A DNA stretch of 40,194 nt from an uncultured Candidatus Saccharibacteria bacterium (lineage in GTDB: Bacteria; Patescibacteriota; Dojkabacteria; SC72): assembly GCA_964579365.1 (NCBI GenBank), contig CAZOFW010000002.1:1-40194 (forward strand), written 5' to 3'. Both the position numbers and the translations under genes were made by a program. The notes under the pieces were generated by a model. It had not been told where the DNA came from, made no database searches, and saw nothing but the letters and a program-made list of their open reading frames with translations. Below, one piece after another: positions 1 to 7,149 of the stretch (positions within the stretch are counted from its first letter, which is position 1; every line of letters starts with the position of its first letter).

Positions 1-72
1 GGAGCGGTCAAACGCATTGGACTGTAAATCCAACTCCTTCGGGATACACAGGTTCAAATCCTGTCCTCTGCA
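1..72 (+). tRNA. tRNA-Tyr (anticodon GTA), 5' part cut by the window edge
   Basis: The window opens inside the D-loop (GAGCGGTCAAA). Anticodon arm is TTGGA-CTGTAAA-TCCAA at 17-33. There is a long variable arm, a T-arm ACAGG-TTCAAAT-CCTGT, and a 3' acceptor CCTCTGC plus discriminator A ending at 72. CCA is not encoded. Confidence 0.8.
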
Positions 73-149
73 TATGTCCCCTTTTCTCTTGCTTTTATCT
101 CAATTCTGTTTAAAATATACATATATCTAATTTAGGCTATTTATTCTAA

Positions 150-863
150 ATGAGTACACTATCTCCTATTATTTTCGCTATATTATCAATCCTTGGGACT
201 CTTTTTGCAGTGGGAGGCGTTATTTACGCAATAATATATTTTACAAAAAAGAAAAAGGATGAAAAATTCTCTATTTCCGTTGATCTTCTACTAAAGATTT
301 ACCTTTATGTCATATCAATCGCAACGCTTGCTATTGCAGTTATTGGAGGCACTATTCTTCTTAAATCGGCATCCTCTTATGCTTTTGGCATACCTTTTGC
401 ATACGATACATACAAGACAAACCAAGAACTGCAACCAATTGAAAAAGATCCAGATGCTCAAGTCCCTGTGTGCTACGAGGCAGAAAAGACTACAATTAAT
501 GGACAAGTGGTTTGTTTTAATAATGACCAAATTAAACAAGATCTAATAAATGGTGCAACTATATTCTTCTCAATGATTGTACTATTCACCATACACATGG
601 TTGGAATTAAAATGATAGAGAAAAGGAGTGTCACAGAATGGTTAAAGAAAGCATATACCTTTATTTCTCTCATTGTATATAGCCTAGTCGGTATAGTAAC
701 AATCCCAATCGCAATATATCAACTTTCTACACACCTACTCTACAGGGTTGAGGATATTACAAAATATGAGGCTCCAGCTACAGCATTGTCCCTACTGATA
801 CTTGTCTTACCACTCTGGATATTTTACTTAGTGAAAACAACTAAGCTACGAAATAACGACTAG
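150..863 (+). CDS. hypothetical multi-pass membrane protein
   Basis: 237-aa ORF. An N-terminal hydrophobic helix (IIFAILSILGTLFAVGGVIYAIIYF) is followed by KKKKD, and several further hydrophobic segments follow. I recognise no catalytic motif. Confidence 0.6.
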   Translation: MSTLSPIIFAILSILGTLFAVGGVIYAIIYFTKKKKDEKFSISVDLLLKIYLYVISIATLAIAVIGGTILLKSASSYAFGIPFAYDTYKTNQELQPIEKDPDAQVPVCYEAEKTTINGQVVCFNNDQIKQDLINGATIFFSMIVLFTIHMVGIKMIEKRSVTEWLKKAYTFISLIVYSLVGIVTIPIAIYQLSTHLLYRVEDITKYEAPATALSLLILVLPLWIFYLVKTTKLRNND

Positions 864-884
864 ATATTGTATAATTGCCCTGTT

Positions 885-961
885 GCTGGATTAGCTCAGT
901 TGGTTAGAGCACATTCATGGTAAGAATGAGGTCCTGAGTTCGACTCTCAGATCCAGCTCCA
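885..961 (+). tRNA. tRNA-Thr (anticodon GGT), CCA encoded
   Basis: Cloverleaf read by hand: acceptor GCTGGAT/ATCCAGC, D-arm GCTC-AGTTGGTTA-GAGC, anticodon arm CATTC-ATGGTAA-GAATG, T-arm CTGAG-TTCGACT-CTCAG, then T-CCA. Confidence 0.9.
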
Positions 962-1624
962 TTACCTCTTCCTCTTTTTCATATATCCCTTTATTAGAAA
1001 TCCGAAAAGGATACTTGTCCCAACCATAAAACCAACCCAAATCATTATCCCCATCTCACTTTGAAAATCCATTTTCTTAAAAACCAAATATGACAAGAAG
1101 TGTGTTACAAAACTTGTTATTGTAGTAATCAAAAAATAGCTTTTGAAAGAGATGTTTGTTAAACCTGCTGCATAAGAGATAAATTCAAACGCAGAAAAGC
1201 CCAAAAGTCTTGCGCCTATCAAAGCCTTTTCCCCTTGTAAAGACGTAAAACTATCAACCTCCTCCATCGCTTTTTGTCCAACAAGCTTGGTTACGAGTCT
1301 TCTTCCATATTTACGACTTATATAGAAGTTTATGATTGCACTAACCAGGCTTGCAAGATAAAGGATTATCATTCCAACCTTTATTCCATATATCGTTACA
1401 CCCAGGAGTACTCCCGGTGTACCAGATAAAGGGGCGAAGATATGGGAAAGGACAGTATAGCCCATGACAATGAAATATCCACCTATTCCGACATTGGCTA
1501 CATAAGCTTTAAAAGTCTCAGAAAGAATTATGGGGACAAGAAAGAGTTTCAGAAGTACATACAAAAGGACAATAACTGCCACGAGTTCAAATATTACGAT
1601 CCACTCCTTTTTTCTAAATTGCAT
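962..1624 (-). CDS. TVP38/TMEM64-type (DedA-related, VTT domain) membrane protein
   Basis: 220-aa ORF with 5-6 hydrophobic helices. The segment HIFAPLSGTPGVLLGVTIYG...INFYISRKYGRRLV resembles the VTT/SNARE-associated core. The stop codon abuts the tRNA-Thr 3' end. Confidence 0.6.
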   Translation of the reverse strand: MQFRKKEWIVIFELVAVIVLLYVLLKLFLVPIILSETFKAYVANVGIGGYFIVMGYTVLSHIFAPLSGTPGVLLGVTIYGIKVGMIILYLASLVSAIINFYISRKYGRRLVTKLVGQKAMEEVDSFTSLQGEKALIGARLLGFSAFEFISYAAGLTNISFKSYFLITTITSFVTHFLSYLVFKKMDFQSEMGIMIWVGFMVGTSILFGFLIKGYMKKRKR

Positions 1625-1705
1625 ATTGATGTTGTATATATTTCTCTACCAAGGGATGTATATGTTAAACATTTTATACACCCCTTGGTGCTACAGAGAA
1701 AACGG

Positions 1706-1927
1706 TTAATCATTTCCTATTCCAGTGAATAACTCTCTCCAAAAAGACTCTCGACGCATTTTTCTTACCTCTCTTTCTGCCCATCCTTCTTCTCTTTTTC
1801 TCTTTTGACTTTCAAAAAAGTCAAGAACAGAGCAGAATACCAGAAGTATTGCAAAAAGAATTACAAAACAACACGCAAGAACCACATCTATAAAAGAATT
1901 CCATACTTTTTTCATTTCCTCTCCCAT
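1706..1927 (-). CDS. hypothetical small membrane protein
   Basis: 73-aa ORF with one hydrophobic helix (VVLACCFVILFAILLVFCSVL) and a charged C-terminus. No family recognised. Confidence 0.4.
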   Translation of the reverse strand: MGEEMKKVWNSFIDVVLACCFVILFAILLVFCSVLDFFESQKRKREEGWAEREVRKMRRESFWRELFTGIGND

Positions 1928-1968
1928 TCTCTGTATAAAAAGAGCTAGATTCCATTATATCAAACTAT

Positions 1969-1997
1969 TTGACCTTACCCATAATTTCCCATATAAT
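1969..1997 (+). promoter_or_regulatory. sigma70-type promoter candidate for rpmG-tRNATrp-secE-nusG-rplKA
   Basis: TTGACC (1969-1974), a 17-nt spacer, then TATAAT (1992-1997), about 50 nt upstream of the rpmG ATG. Confidence 0.55.
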
Positions 1998-2047
1998 ACG
2001 CAGTATATTTCCCAATATAGCATCTTTAATTTTGATTTCCGAGGGAT

Positions 2048-2212
2048 ATGGCAAAAGTAAAAAGAGATATCATAGCTTTGAAATGTACAGTATGTAATGA
2101 AAAAAACTATACAGAGTATAAAACTAAGAATATTAAGGAAAAACTTGAATTAAAAAAGTATTGCTCTAAGTGCCAAAAGCACACAGACCACAAAGAAACT
2201 AAGGTTAAATAA
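2048..2212 (+). CDS. rpmG: 50S ribosomal protein L33
   Basis: 54-aa ORF absent from the supplied track because it is too short. Translation is MAKVKRDIIALKCTVCNEKNYTEYKTKNIKEKLELKKYCSKCQKHTDHKETKVK. It has the CxxC...CxxC zinc ribbon and the KET tail typical of L33, and sits in the canonical position before tRNA-Trp/secE. Confidence 0.9.
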   Translation: MAKVKRDIIALKCTVCNEKNYTEYKTKNIKEKLELKKYCSKCQKHTDHKETKVK

Positions 2213-2231
2213 TAGCTCTTTAATTAACTAG

Positions 2232-2308
2232 GGGCCCATAGTTTCAACTGGTTAAAACCGCGGTCTCCAAAACCGCTATTCCCTGTTCGAATCAGGGTGG
2301 GCCTGCCA
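2232..2308 (+). tRNA. tRNA-Trp (anticodon CCA), CCA end encoded
   Basis: Acceptor GGGCCCA/TGGGCCT (G1-U72 wobble), D-arm GTTT-CAACTGGTTA-AAAC, anticodon arm GCGGT-CTCCAAA-ACCGC, T-arm CCCTG-TTCGAAT-CAGGG, then G-CCA. Confidence 0.88.
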
Positions 2309-2323
2309 AATATATATACAAAA

Positions 2324-2497
2324 ATGAAAATACTAAAAAATATATTAATAGAACTAAAGAAAAGTAAGTGGCCAAAAGGCAAAGAATTGTTGGTTCTTTC
2401 AATATATGCTCTAGTATTATGTGGTATAATCACCGCGTTAATATTAGGTTTAGATCTTGTCTTTTACAAAGCAAGAGAGTGGTTTTTAAATCTTTAA
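2324..2497 (+). CDS. secE: preprotein translocase subunit SecE
   Basis: 57 aa counted from the in-frame ATG at 2324; the track start at 2297 would overlap the tRNA-Trp. It has the KKSKWP motif, a single C-terminal TM helix, and lies immediately upstream of nusG. Confidence 0.85.
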   Translation: MKILKNILIELKKSKWPKGKELLVLSIYALVLCGIITALILGLDLVFYKAREWFLNL

Positions 2498-2507
2498 TTA
2501 AGAAAAT

Positions 2508-3065
2508 ATGACCAAAGAAGAAGTTAAAACAAAAGAAAATCCAAATGCAAAGTGGTATGTTCTGAATATTAGGACTGGATACGAAAACAGTATTCAAAAA
2601 GAACTTAAGCAGAGGATTGAAGCAACAGGAATGGAAGACAAGATTGTAGATATACTTGTACCTGTACAGAAGAAGATCTTTGTTAAAAAAGGTAAACAGG
2701 ATGTAAAAGAGGAGAAGATATTCCCTGGATATGTCCTCATAAAGATGGAACTGGATAACAGTACATGGGATTTGGTAAAAAATACTGAGGGTGTAAGAGG
2801 TTTTGTTAAGACAGACAGATACCCAAGACCCCTACCACAGTCAGAGGTAACAGCAATTACAAAGTTCATGGAAGTTGAACAACCATCATTCCAGAATTCA
2901 TTTAGTGTTGGTGAAGCAGTAAAGATTGTAGATGGTGCATTTGCAGACTTCATTGGAAGTGTTCAGGATGTAGATACTGAAAAGGGTAAGATTAAAGTCC
3001 TCATATCTTTCCTTGGTAGAGAAGCTCCTGTTGAATTAGATCTAACACAAGTAAGTAAACTTTAG
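2508..3065 (+). CDS. nusG: transcription termination/antitermination factor NusG
   Basis: 185 aa. The NGN domain shows KWYVLNIRTGYEN...FPGYVLIKM...GVRGFV and the C-terminal KOW motif shows VGEAVKIVDGAFADFIGSV. secE-nusG-rplK synteny is conserved. Confidence 0.95.
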   Translation: MTKEEVKTKENPNAKWYVLNIRTGYENSIQKELKQRIEATGMEDKIVDILVPVQKKIFVKKGKQDVKEEKIFPGYVLIKMELDNSTWDLVKNTEGVRGFVKTDRYPRPLPQSEVTAITKFMEVEQPSFQNSFSVGEAVKIVDGAFADFIGSVQDVDTEKGKIKVLISFLGREAPVELDLTQVSKL

Positions 3066-3079
3066 TTAAATATATACAT

Positions 3080-3505
3080 ATGGCAAAAATAATTAAAAAG
3101 ATAATCAAGATAACAATACCTGCAGGTGGTGCAACAATGGCTCCTCCAATTGGACCAACCTTAGCTCCTTACGGTATCAATGCACAGGATTTCTGTGCCC
3201 AGTTTAATGAGAAGACAAGAGAGAGCAATGGTATCCTTACACCAGTAATATTAACAATCTACGAGGACAGATCCTTTGGATTTGAACTTAAGACTCCTCC
3301 TACATCCGAACTAATCAGAAGAGAGCTTAAGATTAAGGCTGGTTCTGCAAAACCAAACCTTGAGAAGGTTGGAAAGCTTTCCAAAGAACAACTAATGAAA
3401 ATAGTAGAGGTAAAAATGCCAGACTTGAATACATCAGACCCAGATAAAGCAGCAAAGATCGTTGCAGGTACTGCAAAACAGATGGGTGTAGAGGTAGAAC
3501 TTTAA
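3080..3505 (+). CDS. rplK: 50S ribosomal protein L11
   Basis: 141 aa with IKITIPAGGATMAPPIGPTLAPYGINAQDFCAQFN, which is diagnostic for L11. Confidence 0.97.
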   Translation: MAKIIKKIIKITIPAGGATMAPPIGPTLAPYGINAQDFCAQFNEKTRESNGILTPVILTIYEDRSFGFELKTPPTSELIRRELKIKAGSAKPNLEKVGKLSKEQLMKIVEVKMPDLNTSDPDKAAKIVAGTAKQMGVEVEL

Positions 3506-3524
3506 TTATACATATAACACAGCT

Positions 3525-4214
3525 ATGAAAAGAGGAAAGAAATATACAAAAAGTGTAAAAGGACTAGACAAGAGTATTGAATATACCTTAGTAGATGGAG
3601 TTAAGAAAGTTAAAACACTCTCCTACTCTTCCTTCACAGGTACACTTGAAATGCATGTAGATATTAAAATACCTAAGGACAGAGATCCAAAATCCATAAA
3701 GGGTGCTGTTTCTCTTCCACATTCTTCTACCAAAAAAGAAGTTAAGATCGCTGTATTTTGTACTCCAGATAAGGATGCTTTGGCTTCAAAGGCTGGTGCA
3801 GATTTTGTAGGTTTAGAAGATTTAGTAAAAGATATTAAGGCTGGAAAGGTTGAATTTGATGTTGCAATTGCTACTCCAGATGTAATGGCAAAGATTGCAA
3901 TTTTAGGTAAAGAGCTTGGTCCTAAGGGATTAATGCCAAGTCCTAAGAATGGAACAGTTACAAACGATCTAGAGGGTGCAATTGGTGAATACAAGAAGGG
4001 TAAGCAGACATTCGCATGTGATGATTCCGGAGTTATACATTTAAATGTAGGTAAACTAGATTTAGAGGATGAGAAATTAATAGAGAATATCAATGTTGCA
4101 GTAGTAGCATTAGAAGAGATATTTGGAAAACCATATGATCAGATTGCAGACAGAATGCATATAGCACCAACAATGGGAGCTAGTGTTAAGATAGCCTACA
4201 CTAAACCAGAATAA
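3525..4214 (+). CDS. rplA: 50S ribosomal protein L1
   Basis: 229 aa with MAKIAILGKELGPKGLMPSPKNGTVT, typical of L1. It follows rplK. Confidence 0.96.
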   Translation: MKRGKKYTKSVKGLDKSIEYTLVDGVKKVKTLSYSSFTGTLEMHVDIKIPKDRDPKSIKGAVSLPHSSTKKEVKIAVFCTPDKDALASKAGADFVGLEDLVKDIKAGKVEFDVAIATPDVMAKIAILGKELGPKGLMPSPKNGTVTNDLEGAIGEYKKGKQTFACDDSGVIHLNVGKLDLEDEKLIENINVAVVALEEIFGKPYDQIADRMHIAPTMGASVKIAYTKPE

Positions 4215-4234
4215 CCATATTACATTGTAATTAG

Positions 4235-4259
4235 AAAGACCTCGTAAGAGGTCTTTTTT
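4235..4259 (+). terminator. rho-independent terminator after rplA
   Basis: 9-bp stem AAAGACCTC / GAGGTCTTT with GTAA loop, running into a T tract ending at 4259. Confidence 0.75.
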
Positions 4260-4272
4260 GTTATATATACTC

Positions 4273-4301
4273 TTTACAACACATACTCTATGGGATAGAA
4301 T
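4273..4301 (+). promoter_or_regulatory. promoter candidate (TTTACA-N17-TAGAAT)
   Basis: TTTACA at 4273-4278, a 17-nt spacer, TAGAAT at 4296-4301. The same hexamer pair recurs at 4836-4864. Confidence 0.45.
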
Positions 4302-4303
4302 AT

Positions 4304-4708
4304 ATGTCGTTGCTCTTTAGGGTAAAAAGACAAAAGAAAGGGTCTGAAAAGATGAAATCACGGGAAGGAACGCTGTTAAGAATAGAAGCAAGAACATTAG
4401 TGGTAAAGGGAGATTATCTGGATCTACTTGTCTTACAAGGAGAAGATCATAGACTAATCTTCTATTTCGAGAAAATTGGTCTTGAAGCACGATGTGAGAG
4501 TAAAAGTAAAAATTTCTCCCGCTATGTAGCATACGAGAGAGGAGATAATACTTTTTCGTTCAATGGCAAACCCTTTGATGTGATTGGTTATGAAAGCTTG
4601 GGAAACAATTCTCTTGTCTTAAAAACTAGACTTTTAAACTATAAGTTTGCTTTTAGGATTGATACTAAGAACAAGAGACTCCTAAGTGTCGACATACTAA
4701 TCAACTAA
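4304..4708 (+). CDS. hypothetical protein (orphan; true start may be the ATG at 4352)
   Basis: 134-aa ORF with no recognisable motif. The ATG at 4304 lies only 3 nt after the putative -10 hexamer. If that promoter is used, the internal Met (MKSREGTLL..., 118 aa) is the likelier start. Confidence 0.45.
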   Translation: MSLLFRVKRQKKGSEKMKSREGTLLRIEARTLVVKGDYLDLLVLQGEDHRLIFYFEKIGLEARCESKSKNFSRYVAYERGDNTFSFNGKPFDVIGYESLGNNSLVLKTRLLNYKFAFRIDTKNKRLLSVDILIN

Positions 4709-4835
4709 AACAACACCCCCCCTAAAGAACGACAGAGAGAGTTGAGTATAGAATGCTGAAAAGCAACCTAGGAGCATTTCAGCTCACGATTTTTACATCG
4801 CACTTGACTCTCTCAGCACCACCCCATATTACATA

Positions 4836-4864
4836 TTTACAAACTATTTCCCATAGTATAGAAT
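4836..4864 (+). promoter_or_regulatory. promoter candidate (TTTACA-N17-TAGAAT)
   Basis: TTTACA at 4836-4841, a 17-nt spacer, TAGAAT at 4859-4864, upstream of the AGGAGA-led ORF at 4928. Confidence 0.45.
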
Positions 4865-4927
4865 GTCTAGGCAACAAGTATACTGTTGCTCTTCAAAAAT
4901 TCAAAAGTTCACCCCAAGGAGAATACA

Positions 4928-5359
4928 ATGGATGCATGTTTTGGATGCAACAAGCAGTGTAATGAGGACTGCACAATTTTCATCGACCCATTACCAAATC
5001 GGAAAAGAAAGAAACAAAACAATGCAGGTGTTAATTTAAAACATCTGATTGTTTTCGATGAGGTCCAAGTCGGAGAAAGAGTAAAGTTTCGAATACCTGC
5101 TGGCCGTGTTTGTTGTATCAAGACACAGAAAGGGATTAAGATAATCAAGATTCTGAGGACAAAAACACAGAAGAAAAGCCAAATCCCTACAGAACGAGAA
5201 CATCAAGAGGTCCTACTCCCAGAGAATATCTCCACAATGGAAATAGAGAATGGTGATTGGAAGGAAATATTATCTTCTTTACAAGAAGATTCAAAGACAC
5301 AAAAGAAGGTATCTTCCACAGCCTGGAAAAAGGAACTTCTTGCATTATTGGGTGCCTAA
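4928..5359 (+). CDS. hypothetical Cys-rich/basic protein (orphan)
   Basis: 143 aa from the ATG at 4928. That ATG is preceded by AAGGAGA with a 6-nt spacing, one of the few clear SD sites in the window. The track start at 4886 is a TTG extension. The N-terminus has CxxCxxxCxxxC (MDACFGCNKQCNEDC) followed by RKRKKQ. No family recognised. Confidence 0.5.
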   Translation: MDACFGCNKQCNEDCTIFIDPLPNRKRKKQNNAGVNLKHLIVFDEVQVGERVKFRIPAGRVCCIKTQKGIKIIKILRTKTQKKSQIPTEREHQEVLLPENISTMEIENGDWKEILSSLQEDSKTQKKVSSTAWKKELLALLGA

Positions 5360-5398
5360 TATTCACAGTCTTGACAGTTATACTTGTTGAAACAGGAT

Positions 5399-5468
5399 GG
5401 TGGATCTAAGTGATTCTAAAGAAGCTGGCTCTGCGCAGAGTTTCTTTTAATCGTTTCTTAGGTCCACC
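5399..5468 (+). other. about 70-nt nested inverted-repeat (structured RNA/terminator-like) element
   Basis: The outer 12-bp stem pairs GGTGGATCTAAG (5399-5410) with CTTAGGTCCACC (5457-5468), with one G-U pair. An inner stem pairs AAAGAA (5418-5423) with TTCTTT (5442-5447). The central palindrome is CTCTGCGCAGAG (5429-5440), followed by TTTCTTTT. Confidence 0.35.
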
Positions 5469-5478
5469 TGCAATTCCC

Positions 5479-5507
5479 TTGACCATCCCCTATCCTACTG
5501 ATATAAT
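5479..5507 (+). promoter_or_regulatory. sigma70-type promoter candidate for rplJ-rplL
   Basis: TTGACC (5479-5484), a 17-nt spacer, TATAAT (5502-5507), about 88 nt upstream of the rplJ ATG. Confidence 0.55.
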
Positions 5508-5594
5508 CCACCTAGTATTTAACCAAAGAAACAAGGTACAAAAATAAATCCTTGCGAGGTTAAAAATATACATTCAATTAAAAAATATATAACT

Positions 5595-6116
5595 ATGTCT
5601 AAATCTCGTTCACAGAAGACAGAGCTATTAGAGAGATACAAAGAAATACTAAAGAGTAAAGAAGGATATTTCTTAATCAACTCTGATAAAGCAGATACAC
5701 TTACTACAACAGGATTAAAAATCCAGTTGAAAGGTACAGGTGCTAACCTTGCTGTAGTTAAAAACAGTATCTTTAAGGTAGCCCTACAAGAGACAGAACA
5801 GCCATTAAACACACAAGAGTTTGATGGACCAACAGCAATTGTTTACTTTGATGAAGATCCTACAGCTCCTGCAAAATTAATAAAAGAAGCACAGAAAAAA
5901 ACACAGCTTTTTGATGCAAGAGGTGGAGTATATGAGGGTGAATTCTTAACAGCAGAGAAGGTTATGCAGTTAGCAGAAATACCTTCTAGAGAAATCTTAC
6001 TTGGAAAGTTACTTGGAACTATGTCAGCACCAGTATCTGGATTTATGAATGCAGTAACAGGAAATGTAAGAGGATTAACTATGGTTCTAAAGGGCATCTC
6101 TGAAAAGGGTGCTTAA
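5595..6116 (+). CDS. rplJ: 50S ribosomal protein L10
   Basis: 173 aa. The N-terminal KSRSQKTELLERYKEIL...LAVVKNSIFKVAL pattern and the position directly upstream of rplL support the call. Confidence 0.93.
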   Translation: MSKSRSQKTELLERYKEILKSKEGYFLINSDKADTLTTTGLKIQLKGTGANLAVVKNSIFKVALQETEQPLNTQEFDGPTAIVYFDEDPTAPAKLIKEAQKKTQLFDARGGVYEGEFLTAEKVMQLAEIPSREILLGKLLGTMSAPVSGFMNAVTGNVRGLTMVLKGISEKGA

Positions 6117-6155
6117 CCGAACATTATTTTGTATTTAATTTAAACATATATAACC

Positions 6156-6560
6156 ATGGCAGACGAAAATACAAAGCTTCCAGAGCTATCTGAGAACTCT
6201 AAGAAAGTACTAGAGATAGTAGAGAAGATGAGTGTATTAGAACTTGCAGACCTTGTTAAGGTCATGGAGGACAAATTTGGAGTAAGCGCAGCAGCTCCTG
6301 TTGCAGTAGCAGCAGCTCCAGCTGAAGCAGCAGAACCAGAAGAAGAGAAAACAATCTTCAATATCGTCCTTAAAGAAGCAGGTGCTAACAAGATTGGAGT
6401 TATCAAGGTAGTAAGAGAGATAACTGAGCTTGGATTAAAAGAAGCTAAAGATCTTGTAGATACAGCTCCTCAGACAGTAAAAGAGGGAGTTAAAAAAGAG
6501 GATGCAGAAGCATACAAGGCTAAATTCGAAGAAGCAGGTGCTACAGTAGAATTAGCATAA
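6156..6560 (+). CDS. rplL: 50S ribosomal protein L7/L12
   Basis: 134 aa with an Ala/Pro/Glu hinge ([21 protein letters not shown]) and a C-terminal domain ([24 protein letters not shown]...[23 protein letters not shown]). Confidence 0.97.
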   Translation: MADENTKLPELSENSKKVLEIVEKMSVLELADLVKVMEDKFGVSAAAPVAVAAAPAEAAEPEEEKTIFNIVLKEAGANKIGVIKVVREITELGLKEAKDLVDTAPQTVKEGVKKEDAEAYKAKFEEAGATVELA

Positions 6561-6583
6561 CTATATATTTAAGAATATATATT

Positions 6584-6616
6584 AAAAGAGCCACGAAAGT
6601 GGCTCTTTTTGTTTTT
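6584..6616 (+). terminator. rho-independent terminator after rplL
   Basis: 11-bp stem AAAAGAGCCAC / GTGGCTCTTTT with GAAA loop, followed by TGTTTTT. Confidence 0.8.
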
Positions 6617-6630
6617 ATAGCAAGTGTACT

Positions 6631-6671
6631 CTCTCCCAATGGATGTTTAAAAACCGATTCCATCGGGAGAG
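6631..6671. terminator. 13-bp inverted repeat, possible terminator of the minus-strand ORF 6682-6993
   Basis: CTCTCCCAATGGA (6631-6643) pairs with TCCATCGGGAGAG (6659-6671) with one A-C mismatch and a 15-nt loop. It lies 11 nt past the stop of the minus ORF. There is no clear U-tract on the minus strand. Confidence 0.35.
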
Positions 6672-6681
6672 TTTGATACAC

Positions 6682-6993
6682 CTAAATCCGTGAGAGAAGC
6701 TCTTCAATATGGAAACACCTCTCTATAATCTTTCTTACTTTCTTGATCAGATCAATAGAGAGCGTAGCCTCTTTTTGACTAATTATGATAGAGTCTTCGT
6801 TAATCGCAATATCTTTCAAACATTCACAAAGGTCCAATTCATCTAGTATGAACTTTGTAATTGCTGGTATTTCTATTCCAATCTCCTCCCCCTCTTCGAG
6901 AGCATCGAGACTGCACCCTTCTAATAGGCAACGATTAACCTTGAAATACAGAAACTCACTATCTTCTTTCAGCAAGATCTTAAGCTCTGCCAT
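6682..6993 (-). CDS. hypothetical small acidic protein
   Basis: 103-aa ORF rich in Glu/Asp/Leu/Ile with five Cys. It is divergently oriented from the ATP-grasp operon across a 156-nt AT-rich spacer. No family recognised. Confidence 0.5.
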   Translation of the reverse strand: MAELKILLKEDSEFLYFKVNRCLLEGCSLDALEEGEEIGIEIPAITKFILDELDLCECLKDIAINEDSIIISQKEATLSIDLIKKVRKIIERCFHIEELLSRI

Positions 6994-7078
6994 CTCTCCT
7001 CCTCTTTTAGGTATATTTTTATAGATCTATATACAAATTATTGTATATTAACAGGATTATACACTTAATTAACTCCCA

Positions 7079-7108
7079 TCGACAAATATATATCCAAAGA
7101 AGTATAAT
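7079..7108 (+). promoter_or_regulatory. promoter candidate for the 7TM/ATP-grasp operon
   Basis: TCGACA (7079-7084), an 18-nt spacer, TATAAT (7103-7108), 41 nt upstream of the ATG at 7150. Confidence 0.45.
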
Positions 7109-7149
7109 TATACTGAATCTGCCAATATATTAATTTATCAATATATCTA

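Noticed and set aside
2224-2433. 69-aa minus ORF, and the 2297-2323 N-terminal extension of the secE ORF.
   Set aside because: Both overlap the tRNA-Trp gene (2232-2308). secE is better started at the ATG at 2324.
4753-4962. 69-aa ORF in the spacer between the two orphan genes.
   Set aside because: Its ATG lies inside a TATAGAAT box with no RBS. It overlaps the better-supported AGGAGA-led ORF at 4928, and its composition is unremarkable.
5371-5399. Perfect TTGACA at 5371-5376 as a promoter for the structured element or rplJ.
   Set aside because: No acceptable -10 hexamer lies 16-19 nt downstream (AGGATG). The TTGACC-N17-TATAAT at 5479-5507 is a far better rplJ promoter.
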